The translations under genes were made by a program, and so were the position numbers. Below the pieces are notes generated by a model. That model worked only from the letters and a program-made list of their open reading frames with translations, searched no databases and had not been told where the DNA came from. This document shows positions 59,415 to 64,000 of a DNA stretch of 64,000 nt, in pieces. Position 1 is the first letter of the stretch; each line of letters begins with the position of its first letter. The DNA is from an uncultured Candidatus Saccharibacteria bacterium (GTDB lineage: Bacteria; Patescibacteriota; Saccharimonadia; Saccharimonadales; CAIOMD01). The stretch is taken from NCBI GenBank assembly GCA_963716565.1, contig OY970318.1:320830-384829 (forward strand), given 5' to 3'.

Positions 59415-60785
59415 TTACGACAATTTTAGCTGCAAAGCCAACTCGGAGATTTTTACTCTTTGTTGCTTGGTTGTATCACGATCGCGAATGGTTACCGTGT
59501 CGTCGTCTAAGGTATCAAAGTCGACTGTTACGCAGTACGGTGTACCGATTTCGTCTTGACGGCGATAACGCTTACCGATGTTACCGTTGTCATCCCACAT
59601 AACCGCCCCATATTGCTTCTTTAGTGTCTCATAAACCGCTTTAGCCTTTTTGATTAGCTCGGGCTTATTCTTGAGCAACGGGAAAACTGCAATTTTAACA
59701 GGGGCAAGATGGGCAGGAAGTTTAAGGAATATTCTCTTTTCGCCGTTCTGTTCATCCTCACTATATGCAGCCGTAAAGACCGCCATAAACATTCTATCTA
59801 GGCCCACCGAGCTTTCAATAACATTGGGAAGGAATCTCTCATTTTCGGATTGATCAAAATAGCTCAAGTCTTTGCCACTATGCTTAGCATGTGTTCCAAG
59901 ATCATAATCTGTGCGGTTATGCGTTCCCCATAATTCTTTGAAGCCCTGTGGGAACTCAAAGTAGATGTCATGTGCTGCGGCAGCATAAAAAGCACGCTCA
60001 TTAGCATCGTGTTCGTGCCATTTAAGCTTTTTCTCATCAATCTTTAGCTCTTTTGTTAGAAAATCCCACGCAAATTGGCGCCAATACTCATACTGCTCTT
60101 TTTGTTGTGCTGGACGTATAAAGTATTGCATTTCCATTTGCTCTAGCTCACGTAAGCGAAATATAAAGTCACGCGGAGCAATTTCATTACGAAACGCTTT
60201 ACCAATTTGAGCTATTCCAAATGGAATTTTGGGACTAAAACTATCTACGACATTTTTATAATTAACATAAATACCTTGCGCCGTCTCGCCGCGTAGATAT
60301 GCTAAAGAAGATTCATCTTGGACTGCGCCCAAATGTACCGGCAGTAACATGTTAAACATCTGCACCTTGCCAAATTCGTTTCCATCTGGGCTTTTGATGT
60401 TTTTGTCTCTAATAATCTGCTCCATCTTTTCGGCATCTAGGCCATCAGTTTCTATGCCCCTATCTTCAAGCAGGTGATCTAAACGATAACGTTTTTTAGT
60501 CTTTACATCTTCTATCATTGGGTCAGCAAAACCGGCCACGTGTCCACTGGCTACCCAAACCTCTTTTGGCATAAGGATCGCCGCATCCAGACCATATATG
60601 TCCTCACGTTCCTCTACAAATTTCTTCCACCATAGAGCGTTGATATTACGCTTTAGTTGTACGCCAAGCGGACCATAGTCATATATACCAGATAGGCCAC
60701 CGTATATTTCGGAGCCTTGGTAAATAAAGCCTCGCCTTTTCGCTAAGCTCACTAAATCATCTAGTTTTGGAGTGTCTTTTGTCAT
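59415..60785 (-). CDS. glyQS: glycine--tRNA ligase (dimeric class II type)
   Basis: RGFIYQGSEIYGGLSGIYDYGPLG and class II motifs. Confidence 0.9.
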   Translation of the reverse strand: MTKDTPKLDDLVSLAKRRGFIYQGSEIYGGLSGIYDYGPLGVQLKRNINALWWKKFVEEREDIYGLDAAILMPKEVWVASGHVAGFADPMIEDVKTKKRYRLDHLLEDRGIETDGLDAEKMEQIIRDKNIKSPDGNEFGKVQMFNMLLPVHLGAVQDESSLAYLRGETAQGIYVNYKNVVDSFSPKIPFGIAQIGKAFRNEIAPRDFIFRLRELEQMEMQYFIRPAQQKEQYEYWRQFAWDFLTKELKIDEKKLKWHEHDANERAFYAAAAHDIYFEFPQGFKELWGTHNRTDYDLGTHAKHSGKDLSYFDQSENERFLPNVIESSVGLDRMFMAVFTAAYSEDEQNGEKRIFLKLPAHLAPVKIAVFPLLKNKPELIKKAKAVYETLKKQYGAVMWDDNGNIGKRYRRQDEIGTPYCVTVDFDTLDDDTVTIRDRDTTKQQRVKISELALQLKLS

Positions 60786-60830
60786 ATTGGTAACATTATA
60801 TCTGTTTTTATTAGCCTATTACAGCTTAAT

Positions 60831-61520
60831 CTAATAATGATATTCGCTGAACTGCGCTAGCTGGTTAACTAACTGGCTAGCAACCCTTTCGGCTTCTTTA
60901 ACTCTCATCAAAGTCTTTGGGGTATGGCCAAGGGTTAATCTTAACAACTTAATGTGTTCGGAGTTAAACTTACCCCGTTCGCCCTCTACAAAACTACCTC
61001 TTTTTTGATCAAAAACATACCTCGCGTTCTCTTTTAGGGTTTGGCCATTTACAGATTGCTGCAAATTTAGCCCGTGTCCGGTAAGTTGAGCTAGATTAAC
61101 ATGCCACCACAAAATTATTACTTCTAGGCTGATTTCACTATCATCTAAAGCTATAAGCAACTGCTCAGCCAAATCAAAATACTGGCCATCAACAGCCTCG
61201 GCGGTAATTTTATTAAGTTTTTTTAAGCTATCAAAACCAAAGTTTACTCTGTTCAAATCATTTAAAAAGCAATGATAGCTCTTCTTTAGTTTAGCGCTGA
61301 CTAAAGTTGCTAGCTCGCTCTTACCCTCAATAAAGCCAATTTCGCTAATAACAAACAGCTCTACGCCGGCAGTTAGTTTAGCGCGCTCTTTTCTTACGCC
61401 TTTGGCAATGGCTCGGACTTTTCCATAATTTCTGGTTAAAAAAGTAGCTATTCTGTCACTCTCGGCATAATTCGTTCTAGATAAGACTAGGCCCAGAGTA
61501 TGCCGTGGTTGATAATTCAA
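60831..61520 (-). CDS. recO: DNA repair protein RecO
   Basis: N-terminal OB-fold pattern (LVLSRTNYAESDRIATFLTRNYGKVRAIAKG); 229 aa. Confidence 0.75.
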   Translation of the reverse strand: MNYQPRHTLGLVLSRTNYAESDRIATFLTRNYGKVRAIAKGVRKERAKLTAGVELFVISEIGFIEGKSELATLVSAKLKKSYHCFLNDLNRVNFGFDSLKKLNKITAEAVDGQYFDLAEQLLIALDDSEISLEVIILWWHVNLAQLTGHGLNLQQSVNGQTLKENARYVFDQKRGSFVEGERGKFNSEHIKLLRLTLGHTPKTLMRVKEAERVASQLVNQLAQFSEYHY

Positions 61521-61888
61521 CTTAAAGCCCCCTTAACCGCCCCAATTAACCGAGCCAGACTAGTATGGGGCTTATAAAAATAACGCTCCACCCCAAACGA
61601 ACGCCAAATTTTTGGGTCGGTCCCTAACGCGTACTCTGGTATACAGCTATAAATAAAAATAGGGATATTCGACCAGTTTTCGTAACTTCTAAATTCGTGC
61701 AAAAACTCCACTCCGCTATGTGCCGAAAGCTGTATTTCCATAACAACCGCCTTAGGCGGCTGCTTGTCGATGATTAGAACGGCCTCTTGGGCATCACTAC
61801 AAACTTTAACTTTATATCCGGCTTTTTCAAAAGCTTTTTGATATTGGCTGGCTAAAATCCTATCCGGCTCGATAATAAGAATGTCCAT
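61517..61888 (-). CDS. receiver-like domain with Glu at the phospho-acceptor position
   Basis: MDILIIEPD...AVVMEIQL...IFIYS...YFYKP. The receiver layout is present, but the canonical Asp is replaced by Glu. I prefer the ATG at 61888. Confidence 0.55.
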   Translation of the reverse strand: MDILIIEPDRILASQYQKAFEKAGYKVKVCSDAQEAVLIIDKQPPKAVVMEIQLSAHSGVEFLHEFRSYENWSNIPIFIYSCIPEYALGTDPKIWRSFGVERYFYKPHTSLARLIGAVKGALS

Positions 61889-61896
61889 AAAAACCC

Positions 61897-62598
61897 TTAA
61901 AGAAGACCAAGTTGGCCAGACATTGGTATATAAAAACCAATACCCTTCTGCCCACGATGCGTAAACCATTTTAACCGGCTACCAATAGCCAAGGTTAGTT
62001 GATCTGAGACAACTAAGCCCAAGCCGGTGTGATGCAGATTTTTTGGTGCTACAAATCTGGCTTGGCCAGCCAGTTTTCTGGCTTGCTTAATTGCTGATGG
62101 GTCCATGAATACGTTAGGCGAATATACGCCCAGTCGTTGCAACTGCGGTGTAGTCCCTTGCGCAGCAATAACTATTTTTGGCTTTTTAACGGCAGGGTTA
62201 CTAGCCGTAATTAAGCTGGTGGCTAAACCGAACAAAGCACCCTTTAGAGCTGCTTCGTTAGCATAAACCGGCTCCAGCCTACTGCTTATATCAATCTTTA
62301 AATCAACACCGTAGGCCTTAGCCAACTGTCTTAGATCTTCGGCTACGTCACTGGCGGCCGCAGCAGCCGAAACGGAAGTTAAAGCTAGCTGATTCTGCAT
62401 GGCATCGACCGCAAACAAAGCATAATCTAGAGCGATTAAGGCATGCTTGCTGATTAATTCAATATCTTTTAAGGCAGATGGGTCGTCTAAAGAGTTCTCG
62501 GCCAGCGCCCTAACTTGCAAAAAATGGTTCTGCAAATCAAAAAGTAGCGGCGAAATTTGTTGGAGTCGGTTTGAGCTCCAGTCTACCAGATTATCCAA
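61897..62598 (-). CDS. degenerate histidine-kinase-like protein (soluble)
   Basis: C-terminal HTGLGLVVSDQL...GIGFYIPM resembles the HATPase G2 region. No clear H-box and no TM helix. Confidence 0.4.
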   Translation of the reverse strand: MDNLVDWSSNRLQQISPLLFDLQNHFLQVRALAENSLDDPSALKDIELISKHALIALDYALFAVDAMQNQLALTSVSAAAAASDVAEDLRQLAKAYGVDLKIDISSRLEPVYANEAALKGALFGLATSLITASNPAVKKPKIVIAAQGTTPQLQRLGVYSPNVFMDPSAIKQARKLAGQARFVAPKNLHHTGLGLVVSDQLTLAIGSRLKWFTHRGQKGIGFYIPMSGQLGLL

Positions 62599-62664
62599 AA
62601 CTTCCCTCTGTTTCTTTAGACTTTTAACTATCTAAAAGTATAGCACACCGAGCTATTGCTAAAG

Positions 62665-63396
62665 TTATGGCGAGAAGGTCAAATTGGCAATTACGTAATT
62701 ATCAAGATCAGCTATGCCGGCTTCGGTTTCGGTCCAGATTTTCAATACTTTATCCCTTAACGGGATAATTATTGCTGCTCCCTTTTTTGAGACACTCAAT
62801 TGACCGGTTAATCTAACACCGATAGAAGCCCCCGTAACATTGGATGTATAAGGTACGGCCGTGATCTTACCCTGCTTTATCTGGCTCTGATATTGATCAA
62901 CCGCCGACTGATATGAGCCATCAATTATTTGTACGCGTAAGTTAAAATTCGTTGTTTCGTTAGGGTTAACACTTGGCAGATAGTCCTGGTAAAAATAGCC
63001 ATCTACTACATTGGTGCCAGATGATTTTTCGCTGATATAAGCGCTCCAAGTTTTAGGGTAAACAATAGTCACGCTGCCATAAGCAGCTTGGCTTGTATAA
63101 GACTTTAAGGGTGACTTTTCTTCCTCGGCAAATTGAGCCTCTAGGGTGGTCTTTTGTTCGGCCTTAGCTTGCTCTACTGCTTGGTTAGATTTTTGATCGC
63201 TATTATTTTTATAATCTTTCATCTGTGAGTATGCCCATAGCCCGAATACTCCAAGCCCTACTGCCAAAACAACCGACACCACTAAAGATATTAAAAGACC
63301 CACGTGCTTTTCTTTTGGCAATGATGCCATAATCGGCCCGCTAGATCCAGACAGCCCAGAAATCTGATTAACATCCCTGTTTTTATTCCACCACAT
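62665..63396 (-). CDS. hypothetical membrane-anchored protein
   Basis: 243-aa ORF with one TM helix and an ectodomain. Confidence 0.5.
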   Translation of the reverse strand: MWWNKNRDVNQISGLSGSSGPIMASLPKEKHVGLLISLVVSVVLAVGLGVFGLWAYSQMKDYKNNSDQKSNQAVEQAKAEQKTTLEAQFAEEEKSPLKSYTSQAAYGSVTIVYPKTWSAYISEKSSGTNVVDGYFYQDYLPSVNPNETTNFNLRVQIIDGSYQSAVDQYQSQIKQGKITAVPYTSNVTGASIGVRLTGQLSVSKKGAAIIIPLRDKVLKIWTETEAGIADLDNYVIANLTFSP

Positions 63397-63442
63397 GATT
63401 ACTCTTATGTTAAACGACTAAGCACATTCTTGCAACAGTAGT

Positions 63443-63925
63443 TTAGTACTCATACAGGTACATCGGCCCAACGGTTTTAACTATTTTTTGATCGGGCATT
63501 TTTGCAGCATACGACACAACCTTGACATTTTTGCATCCTGATTGAATAATCTTTTTATTCAATTTAGTCATGAACTTTGCTAACAAAAATACGTAAATAC
63601 CATCTGTTTTTGGTAGCTTTGCTAGCCAGAAACTGGTTAGACGGATCTTAATTAAACGACGATATTTAAAAGTTACTACCAGTGATATTAGGTACATTAT
63701 TGGATTAAGTTCATAGCCAATTCCCTTTATCCCCCGCTTAGCTGCGGCTAATAGAAACCGGCCATCACCAGAACCTAGTTCGAGGACCGTCTGGCCCGGT
63801 TTTAAATCCAACAATTCTAAGGCCTGCACCTGCTGTTCTTGCATAGTGGGCACATATGGCGCTCCAAACAACAGAATAAAGCTAAAGCAAAACAGCAAAA
63901 CCAATAAAATTATCACAAAAGTCAT
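63443..63925 (-). CDS. class I SAM-dependent methyltransferase with N-terminal TM helix
   Basis: Motif I VLELGSGDGRFLL. Confidence 0.7.
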   Translation of the reverse strand: MTFVIILLVLLFCFSFILLFGAPYVPTMQEQQVQALELLDLKPGQTVLELGSGDGRFLLAAAKRGIKGIGYELNPIMYLISLVVTFKYRRLIKIRLTSFWLAKLPKTDGIYVFLLAKFMTKLNKKIIQSGCKNVKVVSYAAKMPDQKIVKTVGPMYLYEY

Positions 63926-64000
63926 TATTTTTTAGAAACTTTATCTTGAATTGATAGTTTTATTTTAGCCTTGGTATCACCCAAATAAGCCTCAAGGTCT
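63925..64000 (-). CDS. 3' end of an upstream ORF entering from the window edge
   Basis: Open frame ...DLEAYLGDTKAKIKLSIQDKVSKK, ending in a TAATG stop/start overlap with the methyltransferase gene. Confidence 0.3.
   Translation of the reverse strand, partial: DLEAYLGDTKAKIKLSIQDKVSKK

Overview
This 64-kb chromosomal segment comes from a reduced-genome bacterium using the standard genetic code and AAGGAGG-type ribosome binding sites. The gene content suggests Patescibacteria/CPR, possibly Saccharibacteria, but that is inference only. That content includes a minimal dcw cluster (mraZ-rsmH-ftsL-ftsI-mraY-ftsW-murG-ftsQ, no mur ligases), a sortase, DUF2207/DUF3048/PEGA/PQQ-propeller surface proteins, a sigma-region-4/HARE-HTH protein, an orphan TraD/VirD4-like ATPase, and several NUDIX and glycosidase genes. 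I call about 60 protein genes, 2 tRNAs (Leu-CAA, Glu-CUC), several hairpin terminators and two sigma70-like promoters.

Main observations:
1. A complete type III hammerhead ribozyme motif at 2721-2773, just downstream of a GC-rich single-gene islet.
2. A second, milder GC-rich islet next to smpB, bracketed by a recurring ACCTGTT motif.
3. A 156-bp element with perfect 21-bp terminal inverted repeats at 13305-13460.
4. A roughly 295-nt non-coding transcript candidate at 39.3-39.6 kb, defined by a consensus promoter and an intrinsic terminator.
5. A 12-kb block (39.7-51.8 kb) in which dprA, topA, the HARE-HTH gene, the T4CP-like gene, murG, ftsW and mraY are all broken by single-base indels while the flanks are intact. 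This is probably uncorrected consensus error and would be remarkable if real.
6. A 13-mer present three times in an AT-rich convergent spacer at about 47 kb.
7. Helically phased GTGGGTA boxes upstream of mraZ.

Everything here was done by eye. No searches or computations were run.
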